Part shown: piece after piece, positions 1 through 11,519 of the stretch
Position numbering within the stretch: position 1 is the first letter of the stretch
Layout of the letters: the number at the start of each line of letters is the position of its first letter
Assembly (NCBI RefSeq): GCF_058153355.1
Contig: NZ_CM177019.1
Strand: one strand, 5' to 3'
Length of the DNA: 64,000 nt
Translations under genes and position numbers: made by a program
Notes under the pieces: generated by a model
Databases searched by the model: none
What the model was told of the DNA's origin: nothing
The model's input: only the letters and a program-made list of their open reading frames with translations

Positions 1-1040
1 ATGCGCGACAAGGTCAGCAGGAAGTTGCCCGTCCAGCGGTAATCAATTTTCACGCCCTTCAGCTGCGGAAAGGTTTTCAGCAGTTTCGGCACAACAAGAC
101 GCTCAACGTCATCCGGGTCGCGCGCGCCGTAGACCACGCCGCCGCCGTACAGCAGGCGGTTATCGGCAGTCAGGCGGTAGTAATCAAGAAGATAGTTACA
201 GTCTTCCACACAGTAGTTTTTCGGGATCAGCGAACGGGCTAAATCTTCCGACAGCCGCTCGGTGGTGATCACCTGCGTGCCGCACGGCATGCTGCGTTTC
301 GCCAGTTCCGGCTCTACTTTATCGCCCAGATACGCGTTGCCTGCGACAATCACATACTTCGCCGTCACCTGACCATTGGCCGTGCGCACAACGGCGGGCG
401 TGGTGTGCTGGATCTGCGTCACCGCAGAAAGTTCATACACGCGCCCGCCGTTCAGGCGGATGGCATCGGCTTCACCAATGGCGAGGTTTAGCGGATGAAT
501 ATGCCCACCGCTGTGATCCAGCAGCGCACCAGTGTAGCGATCGCTGGCGACCTCGCGGCGAATAGCGTTGGCGTCCAGCAGCTCCAGCTGTTTATTGCCG
601 TAGCGTTCCCAGTTCTCTTTCTGCTCTTCGAGTGTGGCGAGTTGTTTATCATTCATCGCCACAAACAGGCCGCCGGGGCGATAGTCGCAGTCAATCTGAT
701 AACGTTTGATACGTTCGCGGATGATCTCGCCACCCTCGAACATCATGCTGCCGAGCATACGGGCGGTATCCATGCCGTAGCTTTTTTCGATAACGTCGAT
801 GTCGCGGCTGTAGGAGTTCACAAGCTGCCCGCCGTTGCGTCCGCTTGCGCCGAAGCCGATGCGTGAGGCTTCAAGAACCACCACGTCAAAGCCCGCTTCC
901 GCCAGATGCAGCGCGGAGGAAAGCCCGGTATAGCCGCCGCCGACCACGCAAACGTCGCAGGAAATCGACTCATTCAGCGTGTCGAATGGCGCGTATTTAT
1001 TCGCACTGGCGGCGTAATAACTGCTAGTATGTTCGGTCAT
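1..1040 (-). CDS. puuB: gamma-glutamylputrescine oxidase, N-terminal ~346 codons (C-terminus lies beyond window start)
   Basis: Reverse complement of 1038..1040 is ATG; N-terminus reads MTEHTSSYYAASA; abuts puuC stop; position in puu cluster. Confidence 0.85.
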   Translation of the reverse strand, partial: MTEHTSSYYAASANKYAPFDTLNESISCDVCVVGGGYTGLSSALHLAEAGFDVVVLEASRIGFGASGRNGGQLVNSYSRDIDVIEKSYGMDTARMLGSMMFEGGEIIRERIKRYQIDCDYRPGGLFVAMNDKQLATLEEQKENWERYGNKQLELLDANAIRREVASDRYTGALLDHSGGHIHPLNLAIGEADAIRLNGGRVYELSAVTQIQHTTPAVVRTANGQVTAKYVIVAGNAYLGDKVEPELAKRSMPCGTQVITTERLSEDLARSLIPKNYCVEDCNYLLDYYRLTADNRLLYGGGVVYGARDPDDVERLVVPKLLKTFPQLKGVKIDYRWTGNFLLTLSR

Positions 1041-1041
1041 T

Positions 1042-2529
1042 TCAGGCCTCCAGGCTTATCCAGATGGTTTTCAGTTCGGTGAATTTTTCAAGGGCGTGCA
1101 GGGATTTGTCGCGACCGTTGCCGCTCTGCTTATAGCCGCCAAACGGCACGGTCATATCACCGTCGTTGTAGTTATTGACGAAGACGGAACCGGCTTTCAG
1201 GCGGCGACTCATGCGGTGCGCGCGGGAGAGGTCGCGTGTCCATACCGCCGCGCCAAGTCCGTACTGGCTGTCGTTGGCAAGCTGTAGCGCCTGCTCTTCT
1301 GCTGTGAAACGCGTGACCACCAGCACCGGGCCGAAAATCTCTTCGCGGCTTAAGGACGCATTCGGGTCTACATCCACAAAGATGGTCGGGCCGATGGCGG
1401 CAGCCAGCTCGGCATTACGACCATCCAGCAGCAGTTGCCCTGTGCTTTCGCCTTCCCGAATAAAGCTATGCACCGAGTCAGCGTGGGCGCAGTCGATTAA
1501 GGTGCCCATGGTGGTCGCGGGATCAAGCGGATGCCCCGGCTGCCAGTTTTGCGCCTGCTGTTTTAACAGGGCTAAGAACTCATCGGCGATGCTCTCTTCC
1601 AGCAACAAACGCGTTCCGGCGATGCACACCTGGCCCTGGTTGTAGAAGATACCTGCGGCTGTCGCGCTCGCGGCTTTTTGCAGATCCGGGCAGTCAGCGA
1701 AAACGATGTTGGCGCTTTTGCCGCCCGCTTCCAGCCAGACGCGTTTCATGTTGCTGTCGCCTGCATCTTTCAGCAGTTGTTTCCCGGTGCGGGTCGAGCC
1801 GGTAAAGGCGATAACGTCGATATCGTTATGACGCGACAGCGCCTGGCCCGCTTCATGACCAAAACCCGTCACCACGTTCAGCACACCATCCGGCAGACCG
1901 GCCTCTTTCGCCAGCCCGGCAAGACGAATCGCACTAAGCGGTGATTTTTCCGACGGCTTCAGGACGACGCTGTTCCCTGACGCCAGCGCCGGGCCGAGTT
2001 TCCAGCAAGTCAGCAGCAGCGGGAAGTTCCACGGCACGATGGCGGCAATCACGCCGACCGGTTCACGCACGATCATCGCCAGCTCATGGCTACTGGTGGT
2101 CGCCACTTCGCCATACACTTTGTCGATCGCTTCGGCGTACCAGCGAATGGCGCGCGCCGCGCCGGGAATATCATCACGCAGACTGTGACGAATCGGTTTG
2201 CCGGTGTCGAGAGTTTCCAGCAGTGCCAGCTCTTCGGCGTTGGCTTCCATTAAATCGGCGAGTTTATTCAGTACCGCTTTACGTTTTGCCGGAGAAGAGT
2301 GTGACCAGTCGCCGCGTTCAAATACGCCGCGTGCTGCGCTCACCGCACGGTCGATATCGACGCTCTTGCCGCGGGCAATTTTCGCCAGCGGTGCCTGGGT
2401 GGCCGGATCAACGGTTTCAAAAGTTTCATTTTCCGCCGCAGCAGTATATTCACCGTTAATAAATAAGCGGGTTTCAATGGCGAGACTTAACGCTTTATCC
2501 TGCCAGTAAGCCAGATGATGAAAATTCAT
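1042..2529 (-). CDS. puuC: gamma-glutamyl-gamma-aminobutyraldehyde dehydrogenase (aldehyde dehydrogenase family)
   Basis: ORF track 1042..2625; start moved to internal Met (MNFHHLAYWQDK) matching known N-terminus; 495 aa. Confidence 0.9.
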   Translation of the reverse strand: MNFHHLAYWQDKALSLAIETRLFINGEYTAAAENETFETVDPATQAPLAKIARGKSVDIDRAVSAARGVFERGDWSHSSPAKRKAVLNKLADLMEANAEELALLETLDTGKPIRHSLRDDIPGAARAIRWYAEAIDKVYGEVATTSSHELAMIVREPVGVIAAIVPWNFPLLLTCWKLGPALASGNSVVLKPSEKSPLSAIRLAGLAKEAGLPDGVLNVVTGFGHEAGQALSRHNDIDVIAFTGSTRTGKQLLKDAGDSNMKRVWLEAGGKSANIVFADCPDLQKAASATAAGIFYNQGQVCIAGTRLLLEESIADEFLALLKQQAQNWQPGHPLDPATTMGTLIDCAHADSVHSFIREGESTGQLLLDGRNAELAAAIGPTIFVDVDPNASLSREEIFGPVLVVTRFTAEEQALQLANDSQYGLGAAVWTRDLSRAHRMSRRLKAGSVFVNNYNDGDMTVPFGGYKQSGNGRDKSLHALEKFTELKTIWISLEA

Positions 2530-2678
2530 TATGACTCCTGTTTCACGTGTATCAGATATATGCAGTTTGTGAACGTCAGGGCGCAGAGATCCCCGGGCCG
2601 TATGCCCGTTTATTTCTGGCGACATTCTTTATGGATTGCCGGGCGCATTGCGCTTACCCGGCTTACAGAACAAAAAGA

Positions 2679-3236
2679 TTAAAACGTGGTGGGCGTATGG
2701 GCGCTGATAATTCGGCAAATACCTGCCGACGTATTACTGAAACTGTGCGGGATGCCGGTATTAATGGCATAACTTTGCCCCGCGACGAGGTGGTAATCCT
2801 GACCATTAATCGTCAGAACAATTTCACCTTCCAGTACAGTGCCTATTTCCTCACCCTGATGCTTAATTCTTTCCCCAGTGGTTGTGCCCGGCTGGTAAGT
2901 TTCAAAGATCATCGCCAGCGTGCGATTCGGGTTACCGTTATGAACCAGCTTCATTGACACACCCTGACTGCCCATCTCAATTAAGTCGTCCTGATTAATG
3001 ACGACCTGTGGCTCATCAGGTTTTTCCGGCTCGGAAAAGAATTCCGAGAGTGACAGACCATACACCTTCAGCAGCTTTTGCAGCGTACTGATGGCAGGGC
3101 TGACTTTATCTTGTTCTATCGTACTGATAGCACTGTGAGTCAGCCCGGAGAGTTCGGCGGCACGACGTTGTGAAAGCCCCTGCTGCTGGCGGATTTCCGA
3201 CAAGCGTTTTCCTGGCGCCAGTCCCTCATCACTCAT
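2679..3236 (-). CDS. puuR: HTH/cupin transcriptional repressor of the putrescine utilisation genes
   Basis: 185 aa ORF; N-terminal HTH (RLSEIRQQQGLSQRRAAELSGL) plus C-terminal cupin; synteny. Confidence 0.9.
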   Translation of the reverse strand: MSDEGLAPGKRLSEIRQQQGLSQRRAAELSGLTHSAISTIEQDKVSPAISTLQKLLKVYGLSLSEFFSEPEKPDEPQVVINQDDLIEMGSQGVSMKLVHNGNPNRTLAMIFETYQPGTTTGERIKHQGEEIGTVLEGEIVLTINGQDYHLVAGQSYAINTGIPHSFSNTSAGICRIISAHTPTTF

Positions 3237-3262
3237 ATTTGCATTTCCTTAAACTGTAGTGG

Positions 3263-4027
3263 TCAGAGTCGCTGTTTTTCAGCGATATGGTGCTGACAAG
3301 CGGTGATAAAGCCCTCGAACAATATACGCGAAAGCGCGTATTCGCTACTGTTCCATTCCGGGTGCCACTGTACGCCCAGCGCAAAAGGATGATTGATGAC
3401 GCTAACCGCCTCAACTAAGCCATCCGGCGAGCGGGCTTCAACACGCAACCGTGAGCTAACGACCTTCGCCCCTTGTCCATGCAGAGAGTTTACCCAAAAG
3501 TTGCTACATTCAGGTAACAGTGCAGACAGCAATCCCCCCTCTTCAACCTGAACTTCATGCGACGGTGCATATTGCTGTTCCACCGGCAGTTCGGGATCTT
3601 CCCGATGTTCCAGCAATTCAGGCTGTTCGCACAGCTTGCGATGCAACGAACCACCGGTTGCCACCACCAGTTCCTGTAAACCCCGGCAGATGGCGAAAAT
3701 GGGGATGCGCCTTTCGAGTGCGGCATTAATTAACGCCATGCTCAGAAGATCACGCCCGGGATCGGCGTCAGGCTCATCGCCGTTTTCACCATATAGGTGC
3801 GGCTGCACATTGCTGGGACTACCAGGAAGATAAATACCATCGAGTTTCGGCAAAAGTTGTTCAAGTAATGACGGTTCCGCCAGCGCATGTGGCAGCGCAA
3901 TTGGCAAGCCGCCTGCGTGGATGATGGCATTCAGGTACTTTTCTTGCAGAGTCTGGGTCGCATGACCCTTAAGCCTGTTCCTGCACATTACGACACCGAT
4001 AACCGGATTGTTCATTATATTTTCCAT
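3263..4027 (-). CDS. puuD: gamma-glutamyl-GABA hydrolase (class I glutamine amidotransferase-like)
   Basis: ORF 3263..4039; start taken at MENIMNNPVIGVVM; synteny. Confidence 0.88.
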   Translation of the reverse strand: MENIMNNPVIGVVMCRNRLKGHATQTLQEKYLNAIIHAGGLPIALPHALAEPSLLEQLLPKLDGIYLPGSPSNVQPHLYGENGDEPDADPGRDLLSMALINAALERRIPIFAICRGLQELVVATGGSLHRKLCEQPELLEHREDPELPVEQQYAPSHEVQVEEGGLLSALLPECSNFWVNSLHGQGAKVVSSRLRVEARSPDGLVEAVSVINHPFALGVQWHPEWNSSEYALSRILFEGFITACQHHIAEKQRL

Positions 4028-4039
4028 GCTCAATCTCAC

Positions 4040-4238
4040 AAAGTGGACTAAATTATCGCCATTACTGCGCTTTAAATGACCTTTATGTTCAATATTTTTT
4101 CAATCTAGCAGCGGGTTTTCATTTTTGCAAACTTAATTTAACATTTGACAAACATTTAGTTTGCATACGGATTCGAATGGTGGTCATTATATTTTACGCT
4201 TTGATAACGAGCGGAAAACAAACCAAAGGCGAAGAATC
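4040..4238. promoter_or_regulatory. divergent puuA/puuD promoter region with PuuR-box-like AT-rich element (tggtcattatatttt, about 4178..4192)
   Basis: AT-rich divergent intergenic; element resembles the PuuR recognition motif from memory; not scored. Confidence 0.4.
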
Positions 4239-5657
4239 ATGGAAACCAATATCGTTGAAGTAGAGAACTTTGTTCAGCAGTCAGAAGAGAGGCGGGGTAG
4301 CGCCTTTACGCAGGAAGTGAAACGCTACCTGGAGCGCTACCCGAATACGCAATATGTTGATGTTTTACTTACCGATTTGAATGGTTGTTTTCGTGGAAAA
4401 CGTATTCCTGTTTCAAGCCTGAAGAAGCTCGAGAAAGGGTGTTATTTCCCGGCCTCGGTGTTTGCAATGGATATTCTGGGCAACGTAGTAGAAGAAGCGG
4501 GTCTGGGTCAGGAAATGGGCGAGCCGGATCGTACCTGTGTTCCTGTTCTCGGTTCCTTAACCCCATCTGCCGCCGATCCAGAGTTTATCGGTCAGATGCT
4601 CCTGACCATGGTCGATGAAGATGGCGCTCCCTTTGACGTTGAGCCGCGGAACGTTCTTAACCGCCTGTGGCAGCAGCTGCGCCAGCGCGGATTGTTCCCG
4701 GTTGTAGCGGTAGAGCTGGAGTTCTATTTACTGGATCGCCAGCGCGACGCTGAAGGGTATCTGCAACCGCCCTGCGCGCCCGGCACCGATGACCGCAATA
4801 CACAAAGTCAGGTTTACTCCGTTGATAACCTCAACCACTTCGCCGACGTGCTCAATGATATTGATGAGCTGGCGCAGTTACAGCTGATTCCGGCAGATGG
4901 CGCGGTCGCCGAGGCCTCGCCAGGTCAGTTTGAAATCAATCTTTACCATACCGATAACGTGCTGGAAGCTTGCGATGATGCGCTGGCACTAAAACGCCTG
5001 GTGCGTCTGATGGCAGAAAAGCATAAGATGCACGCCACTTTTATGGCGAAGCCGTATGAAGAGCACGCGGGCAGCGGGATGCATATCCATATCAGTATGC
5101 AAAATAATCGTGGCGAGAACGTGCTTTCTGACGCGGAAGGCGAAGATTCGCCGCTGCTGAAAAAGATGCTCGCCGGGATGATTGACCTGATGCCGTCATC
5201 AATGGCGTTGCTGGCACCAAACGTGAACTCGTATCGCCGCTTCCAGCCGGGGATGTATGTACCGACGCAGGCGTCGTGGGGCCATAACAACCGCACCGTC
5301 GCCCTGCGTATTCCCTGCGGCGATCGCCATAATCACCGCGTGGAATATCGCGTGGCGGGTGCCGATGCCAACCCGTATTTGGTGATGGCAGCGATTTTTG
5401 CTGGTATTTTGCATGGCCTTGATAACGAACTGCCATTACAGGAAGAAGTCGAAGGCAACGGGCTGGAACAGGAAGGCTTACCCTTCCCGATTCGCCAGAG
5501 CGATGCCCTGGGTGAGTTTATCGAGAATGATCACCTGCGCCGCTATTTAGGCGAACGCTTCTGCCATGTCTATCACGCCTGTAAAAATGATGAGCTGTTG
5601 CAGTTTGAGCGCCTCATCACAGAAACAGAAATTGAGTGGATGTTGAAAAACGCGTAA
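4239..5657 (+). CDS. puuA: glutamate-putrescine ligase (glutamine synthetase family)
   Basis: ORF 4161..5657; start at ATG 4239 (METNIVEVENF); 472 aa. Confidence 0.9.
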   Translation: METNIVEVENFVQQSEERRGSAFTQEVKRYLERYPNTQYVDVLLTDLNGCFRGKRIPVSSLKKLEKGCYFPASVFAMDILGNVVEEAGLGQEMGEPDRTCVPVLGSLTPSAADPEFIGQMLLTMVDEDGAPFDVEPRNVLNRLWQQLRQRGLFPVVAVELEFYLLDRQRDAEGYLQPPCAPGTDDRNTQSQVYSVDNLNHFADVLNDIDELAQLQLIPADGAVAEASPGQFEINLYHTDNVLEACDDALALKRLVRLMAEKHKMHATFMAKPYEEHAGSGMHIHISMQNNRGENVLSDAEGEDSPLLKKMLAGMIDLMPSSMALLAPNVNSYRRFQPGMYVPTQASWGHNNRTVALRIPCGDRHNHRVEYRVAGADANPYLVMAAIFAGILHGLDNELPLQEEVEGNGLEQEGLPFPIRQSDALGEFIENDHLRRYLGERFCHVYHACKNDELLQFERLITETEIEWMLKNA

Positions 5658-5959
5658 TACCCCTTGCGGGGTTGTTTCAGCGGCCTGAGCGGAGCCAGGC
5701 CTGACATTTGCTGGTAATCCAGACATTTCCCGGATGTCGCGTTATGGAGCGCAGGCGGCAACGGGCTTCCGTTAACGATTAAGACTGTGACGAGGAAATG
5801 AGATGATGCCGATGATTAAATCCCCGCATGGCGAGGGAGGCTGCGTATGCGCCCCTCCTGCGACTGACTGGACTCCGCCCCCTTTGCTTCCCTTGCTAAA
5901 CAGGTTTGATTTCAGGTCGATACGACCGCAAACCTTATTACGCAGGGGAGGCAGCAATT

Positions 5960-7345
5960 ATGGCTATTAATTCACCACTGAATATTGCTGCGCAACCCGG
6001 CAAAACCCGTCTGCGAAAATCACTGAAATTGTGGCAGGTCGTCATGATGGGCCTCGCCTATCTCACGCCGATGACTGTGTTCGATACCTTTGGCATCGTT
6101 TCCGGCATCAGCGACGGCCACGTTCCGGCATCCTATTTGCTGGCGCTGGCGGGCGTGTTGTTTACCGCGATCAGCTACGGCAAACTGGTTCGCCAGTTTC
6201 CGGAGGCCGGTTCGGCCTATACCTACGCGCAAAAGTCGATTAACCCGCACGTCGGATTTATGGTCGGCTGGTCATCGCTGCTGGATTATCTCTTTTTGCC
6301 GATGATCAACGTTTTGTTGGCGAAAATCTATCTCTCCGCCCTCTTCCCGGAAGTGCCGCCGTGGGTGTGGGTGGTAACCTTCGTCGCCATTTTAACCGCC
6401 GCGAATCTGAAGAGCGTCAACCTGGTCGCTAACTTCAATACCTTGTTTGTACTGGTGCAAATCTCCATCATGGTGGTGTTTATCTTCCTAGTGGTTCAGG
6501 GACTACATAAAGGAGAAGGCGTTGGCACCGTCTGGTCACTTCAGCCGTTTATCAGCGAGAACGCGCACCTGATCCCGATTATTACCGGGGCGACGATTGT
6601 CTGTTTCTCGTTCCTCGGTTTCGATGCGGTGACCACGCTTTCGGAAGAGACGCCGGACGCCGCACGCGTGATCCCGAAAGCCATCTTCCTGACGGCGGTA
6701 TACGGCGGCATTATCTTTATCGCGGCGTCGTTCTTTATGCAGCTGTTCTTCCCGGATATCAGCCGCTTTAAAGATCCGGACGCCGCACTGCCGGAAATCG
6801 CACTGTACGTTGGCGGCAAGTTGTTCCAGTCGATTTTCCTCTGCACGACGTTTGTGAACACGTTAGCGTCTGGCCTGGCGTCACATGCCAGCGTGTCGCG
6901 TCTGCTGTATGTGATGGGGCGCGACAATGTGTTTCCGGAACGCGTGTTTGGCTATGTGCATCCGAAATGGCGGACTCCGGCACTGAATGTCATTATGGTC
7001 GGGGTTGTCGCGTTGTCAGCGCTGTTCTTTGATTTAGTCACCGCGACAGCATTGATTAACTTCGGTGCTCTGGTGGCGTTTACCTTCGTTAACCTGTCGG
7101 TGTTTAATCATTTCTGGCGGCGTAAAGGAATGAATAAAAGCTGGAAGGATCACTTCCACTATTTGCTGATGCCGCTGGTTGGCGCGCTGACGGTGGGTGT
7201 GCTGTGGGTTAACCTCGAGTCAACGTCACTGACACTCGGTCTGGTATGGGCTTCATTAGGCGGCGCATATTTGTGGTATCTGATCCGCCGCTATCGCAAA
7301 GTGCCGTTGTATGAGGGTGACAGAACGCCGGTGAGCGAAACGTAA
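5960..7345 (+). CDS. puuP: putrescine importer (APC superfamily permease)
   Basis: ORF 5906..7345; start at ATG 5960 ([12 protein letters not shown]); multi-TM permease. Confidence 0.9.
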   Translation: MAINSPLNIAAQPGKTRLRKSLKLWQVVMMGLAYLTPMTVFDTFGIVSGISDGHVPASYLLALAGVLFTAISYGKLVRQFPEAGSAYTYAQKSINPHVGFMVGWSSLLDYLFLPMINVLLAKIYLSALFPEVPPWVWVVTFVAILTAANLKSVNLVANFNTLFVLVQISIMVVFIFLVVQGLHKGEGVGTVWSLQPFISENAHLIPIITGATIVCFSFLGFDAVTTLSEETPDAARVIPKAIFLTAVYGGIIFIAASFFMQLFFPDISRFKDPDAALPEIALYVGGKLFQSIFLCTTFVNTLASGLASHASVSRLLYVMGRDNVFPERVFGYVHPKWRTPALNVIMVGVVALSALFFDLVTATALINFGALVAFTFVNLSVFNHFWRRKGMNKSWKDHFHYLLMPLVGALTVGVLWVNLESTSLTLGLVWASLGGAYLWYLIRRYRKVPLYEGDRTPVSET

Positions 7346-7354
7346 TAGTCGGAT

Positions 7355-7393
7355 GCGCGGCGCATTATCCTGCCTGAGGGTAATGCGCCGCGC
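7355..7393. terminator. hairpin with 13 bp perfect stem (gcgcggcgcatta / taatgcgccgcgc) just downstream of puuP
   Basis: Inverted repeat read directly, 10 bp after the puuP stop. Confidence 0.5.
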
Positions 7394-7478
7394 CATTAAC
7401 TATAAAAAGATGTATGACCCGGATCACGAGTGCTATCATCCGCCCTTATGCTTAGCACATTAACCCCAGGGGCAAATA

Positions 7479-7724
7479 ATGAACCACGATATCCCGCTTA
7501 AATATTTTGATATTGCCGATGAGTACGCGACCGAATGCGAAGAGCCTGTCGCAGACGTTGAACGCACACCGCTGGCCCACTACTTCCAGTTACTGCTCAC
7601 CCGTTTGATGAACAATGAAGAGATCAGCGAAGAAGCCCAACATGAAATGGCTGCTGAAGCGGGGATTAATCCCGTACGCATTGATGAGATCGCAGAGTTT
7701 TTGAATCAATGGGGTAATGAGTAA
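7479..7724 (+). CDS. ymjA: small conserved protein of unknown function
   Basis: 81 aa ORF in conserved position between puuP and sapA. Confidence 0.75.
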   Translation: MNHDIPLKYFDIADEYATECEEPVADVERTPLAHYFQLLLTRLMNNEEISEEAQHEMAAEAGINPVRIDEIAEFLNQWGNE

Positions 7725-7757
7725 TTATTTCATTGCAGACGCTCGGTCAGTATCGTT

Positions 7758-7788
7758 GCCCGGATAAAGCGTTCACGCCGCATCCGGC
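7758..7788. repeat. REP (repetitive extragenic palindromic) element
   Basis: gcccggataaagcgttcacgccgcatccggc is the reverse complement of the canonical REP consensus. Confidence 0.7.
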
Positions 7789-8036
7789 TAAAAATGACAC
7801 GCACTGCAGCGTGCTTTAATGGGTTTCTCACGATCGTACCGCTCTGCTCCTCGCTAAGTTGTTCTGTGAGTTATAGTTATAGAGAAATCACGGGTACGAA
7901 TGTTGAACAGATGGCGACGTCACCTGTTCAACGACCAACCACACGGCCCTCATTACGACCCCTGAACACAAACGGTAATGGCAAATGTCATTAAATATTA
8001 GTAAGATAGCCTCTTTACATAAAATCCCTTAATATT

Positions 8037-9680
8037 ATGCGCCAGGTATTATCGTCTCTTTTGGTGATTGCTGGACTTGTGAGTGGTCAGGCAATCGCCG
8101 CGCCTGAATCCCCCCCGCATGCTGATATCCGCGACAGCGGTTTTGTCTATTGCGTCAGCGGGCAAGTCAACACCTTTAACCCATCCAAAGCGAGCAGTGG
8201 GTTAATTGTCGATACCCTTGCCGCCCAGTTTTATGATCGACTCCTGGATGTCGATCCCTATACCTATCGCCTGATGCCGGAACTTGCCGAAAGCTGGGAA
8301 GTGCTCGACAACGGCGCGACCTATCGCTTCCACCTGCGTCGCGATGTTCCGTTTCAAAAAACCGACTGGTTTACTCCCACTCGTAAAATGAATGCCGACG
8401 ATGTGGTGTTTACCTTCCAGCGAATTTTTGACCGTAACAACCCGTGGCATAACGTCAACGGCAGCAACTTTCCCTACTTCGACAGCCTGCAATTTGCCGA
8501 TAACGTGAAAAGCGTCCGCAAACTGGATAATCATACCGTTGAGTTCCGACTCGCCCAGCCAGATGCTTCTTTTTTGTGGCACCTGGCGACCCATTATGCA
8601 TCGGTCATGTCGGCAGAATATGCCCAGAAGTTAGAGAAAGAAGATCGCCAGGAACAACTCGACCGTCAGCCGGTCGGCACTGGACCGTATCAGTTATCGG
8701 AATACCGCGCCGGGCAATTTATTCGCCTACAACGTCATGATGACTTCTGGCGCGGCAAACCGTTAATGCCGCAGGTGGTGGTGGATTTAGGCTCCGGCGG
8801 CACCGGACGTCTTTCGAAACTTCTGACAGGTGAATGCGACGTTCTGGCCTGGCCTGCTGCCAGCCAGCTATCTATTTTGCGTGACGATCCGCGCTTGCGT
8901 TTAACGCTGCGTCCGGGGATGAATGTCGCCTATCTGGCATTTAACACCGCCAAACCGCCGCTTAATAATGCCGCCGTGCGCCATGCGCTGGCTCTGGCGA
9001 TCAATAACCAACGCCTGATGCAATCCATCTATTATGGTACGGCTGAAACGGCGGCCTCTATTTTACCGCGCGCCTCGTGGGCCTATGACAACGAGGCTAA
9101 AATTACTGAATACAATCCGGCGAAATCGCGCGAACAGTTGAAGGCGTTAGGGCTGGAAAACTTAACGCTGAAACTTTGGGTGCCCACACGTTCGCAGGCG
9201 TGGAACCCCAGTCCACTGAAAACCGCCGAACTGATTCAGGCGGATATGGCGCAGGTTGGCGTAAAAGTGGTGATTGTGCCGGTAGAAGGTCGTTTTCAGG
9301 AGGCGCGGTTGATGGATATGAGCCATGATCTGACGTTATCCGGTTGGGCGACAGACAGTAACGATCCGGACAGTTTCTTTCGTCCGCTACTGAGCTGCGC
9401 AGCAATACATTCCCAGACCAACCTCGCCCACTGGTGCGATCCGAAATTCGACAGCGTGTTGCGTAAGGCGCTCTCCTCGCAGCAGCTAGCGGCGCGTATT
9501 GAAGCCTATGACGAAGCGCAAAGTATTCTGGCGCAGGAATTGCCCATTTTGCCGCTGGCGTCGTCATTGCGCTTGCAAGCCTACCGTTACGATATCAAAG
9601 GGCTGGTTCTTAGCCCGTTTGGTAACGCCTCCTTTGCTGGTGTGTATCGCGAGAAACAGGATGAGGTGAAAAAACCATGA
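8037..9680 (+). CDS. sapA: periplasmic substrate-binding protein of the Sap ABC transporter
   Basis: 547 aa; signal peptide [21 protein letters not shown]; family 5 SBP; heads sapABCDF. Confidence 0.92.
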   Translation: MRQVLSSLLVIAGLVSGQAIAAPESPPHADIRDSGFVYCVSGQVNTFNPSKASSGLIVDTLAAQFYDRLLDVDPYTYRLMPELAESWEVLDNGATYRFHLRRDVPFQKTDWFTPTRKMNADDVVFTFQRIFDRNNPWHNVNGSNFPYFDSLQFADNVKSVRKLDNHTVEFRLAQPDASFLWHLATHYASVMSAEYAQKLEKEDRQEQLDRQPVGTGPYQLSEYRAGQFIRLQRHDDFWRGKPLMPQVVVDLGSGGTGRLSKLLTGECDVLAWPAASQLSILRDDPRLRLTLRPGMNVAYLAFNTAKPPLNNAAVRHALALAINNQRLMQSIYYGTAETAASILPRASWAYDNEAKITEYNPAKSREQLKALGLENLTLKLWVPTRSQAWNPSPLKTAELIQADMAQVGVKVVIVPVEGRFQEARLMDMSHDLTLSGWATDSNDPDSFFRPLLSCAAIHSQTNLAHWCDPKFDSVLRKALSSQQLAARIEAYDEAQSILAQELPILPLASSLRLQAYRYDIKGLVLSPFGNASFAGVYREKQDEVKKP

Positions 9681-10642
9681 TTATCTTCACCTTACGCCGC
9701 ATTTTGTTATTGATTGTCACCTTGTTCCTGCTGACGTTCGTTGGCTTTAGCTTGAGCTATTTCACCCCACATGCGCCGTTACAAGGCGCTTCACTGTGGA
9801 ATGCCTGGGTGTTCTGGTTTAACGGCCTGATCCATTGGGATTTTGGTGTTTCCAGCATTAACGGTCAGCCGATTGCCGAACAGTTAAAAGAGGTCTTCCC
9901 GGCGACGATGGAACTGTGCATCCTCGCCTTCGGTTTTGCGCTGATTGTTGGCATCCCCGTAGGAATGATTGCCGGGATTACGCGCCATAAGTGGCAGGAT
10001 AACTTGATCAACGCCATCGCCTTACTGGGCTTTTCAATCCCGGTGTTCTGGCTGGCGCTTCTGTTGACGCTGTTTTGTTCACTCACGCTAGGTTGGTTGC
10101 CCGTTTCAGGGCGTTTCGATCTGCTCTACGAAGTGAAACCGATTACCGGTTTTGCGTTGATTGATGCCTGGCTTTCGGACTCACCGTGGCGGGATGAAAT
10201 GATCATTAGCGCAATCCGTCATATGGTATTGCCCGTGATCACCCTGTCGGTTGCGCCAACAACTGAAGTGATCCGACTAATGCGTATCAGCACTATCGAA
10301 GTGTATGACCAGAATTATGTAAAAGCGGCGGCGACCCGCGGTTTGTCACGCTTTACTATTTTGCGTCGCCACGTTCTGCATAACGCGTTACCTCCGGTTA
10401 TTCCTCGCCTGGGCTTACAATTTTCCACCATGCTGACGCTGGCAATGATCACCGAAATGGTCTTTAGCTGGCCGGGTTTAGGGCGCTGGTTAATTAACGC
10501 CATCCGCCAGCAAGATTACGCGGCCATTTCCGCCGGAGTGATGGTGTGTGGCTCACTGGTCATTATTGTTAACGTGATTTCTGATATTTTGGGTGCCATG
10601 GCTAACCCTCTGAAACATAAGGAATGGTATGCCTTACGATAG
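9677..10642 (+). CDS. sapB: Sap ABC transporter permease
   Basis: 321 aa membrane protein; start overlaps sapA stop. Confidence 0.92.
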   Translation: MIIFTLRRILLLIVTLFLLTFVGFSLSYFTPHAPLQGASLWNAWVFWFNGLIHWDFGVSSINGQPIAEQLKEVFPATMELCILAFGFALIVGIPVGMIAGITRHKWQDNLINAIALLGFSIPVFWLALLLTLFCSLTLGWLPVSGRFDLLYEVKPITGFALIDAWLSDSPWRDEMIISAIRHMVLPVITLSVAPTTEVIRLMRISTIEVYDQNYVKAAATRGLSRFTILRRHVLHNALPPVIPRLGLQFSTMLTLAMITEMVFSWPGLGRWLINAIRQQDYAAISAGVMVCGSLVIIVNVISDILGAMANPLKHKEWYALR

Positions 10643-11519
10643 CGTATACAGCGAAAAGCGCCCGCCGGGCACGCTGCGTACCGCCTGGCGCAAATTTTAT
10701 AGTGATGCCTCTGCGATGGTCGGTCTGTACGGCTGCGCGGGACTGGCTGTACTGTGTATTTTTGGCGGCTGGTTTGCGCCTTACGGAATCGATCAGCAAT
10801 TTCTCGGCTATCAATTATTGCCGCCTTCATGGTCACGCTATGGCGAAGTTTCTTTCTTCCTGGGGACTGACGACCTCGGACGCGATGTTTTAAGTCGTTT
10901 ACTGAGTGGAGCTGCACCAACCGTGGGGGGGGCATTTGTGGTGACGCTTGCAGCGACGATCTGTGGCCTGGTACTTGGCACCTTTGCCGGGTCGACGCAC
11001 GGTCTACGCTCAGCGGTGCTTAACCATATTCTGGATACCTTACTGGCGATCCCTTCCCTACTGCTGGCAATTATCGTTGTAGCGTTTGCCGGACCGAGTT
11101 TGTCGCACGCCATGTTTGCCGTCTGGCTGGCGCTGCTGCCTCGTATGGTACGTTCGATTTACAGCATGGTGCATGACGAACTGGAAAAAGAGTACGTTAT
11201 CGCCGCCCGTCTGGATGGCGCATCAACGCTGAATATTCTCTGGTTTGCTGTGATGCCAAACATCACCGCCGGGCTGGTCACCGAGATCACCCGCGCACTG
11301 TCGATGGCAATTCTCGATATCGCCGCGCTGGGCTTTCTCGATCTCGGCGCACAACTCCCCTCGCCTGAATGGGGAGCGATGCTCGGTGATGCGCTGGAAC
11401 TGATTTATGTCGCCCCGTGGACTGTCATGCTGCCAGGTGCGGCAATTATGATTAGCGTGCTGTTGGTTAACCTCCTTGGCGACGGTGTTCGTCGTGCAAT
11501 TATTGCGGGGGAGGAATAA
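10629..11519 (+). CDS. sapC: Sap ABC transporter permease
   Basis: 296 aa membrane protein; overlaps sapB by 14 nt. Confidence 0.92.

Noticed and set aside
495-866. 123 aa plus-strand ORF (and the many similar ORFs in the track that lie antisense or out of frame inside large genes, for example 1175..1645, 8202..8594, 17131..17349, 24535..24894, 40507..41256, 49051..49359)
   Set aside because: Fully embedded in well-supported genes on the opposite strand or another frame, with composition typical of frame shadows in GC-balanced coding DNA. No independent start or RBS evidence.
5658-5959. GC-rich stretch with short inverted repeats between puuA and puuP, considered as a possible REP/mobile remnant
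   Set aside because: Only a short puuA-proximal hairpin (cccc-ttgc-gggg) is convincing; the rest lacks REP consensus or terminal inverted repeats.
7794-7994. 66 aa ORF between ymjA and sapA
   Set aside because: Sits in the sapA promoter region next to a REP element; no RBS and no recognisable features. Probably spurious.
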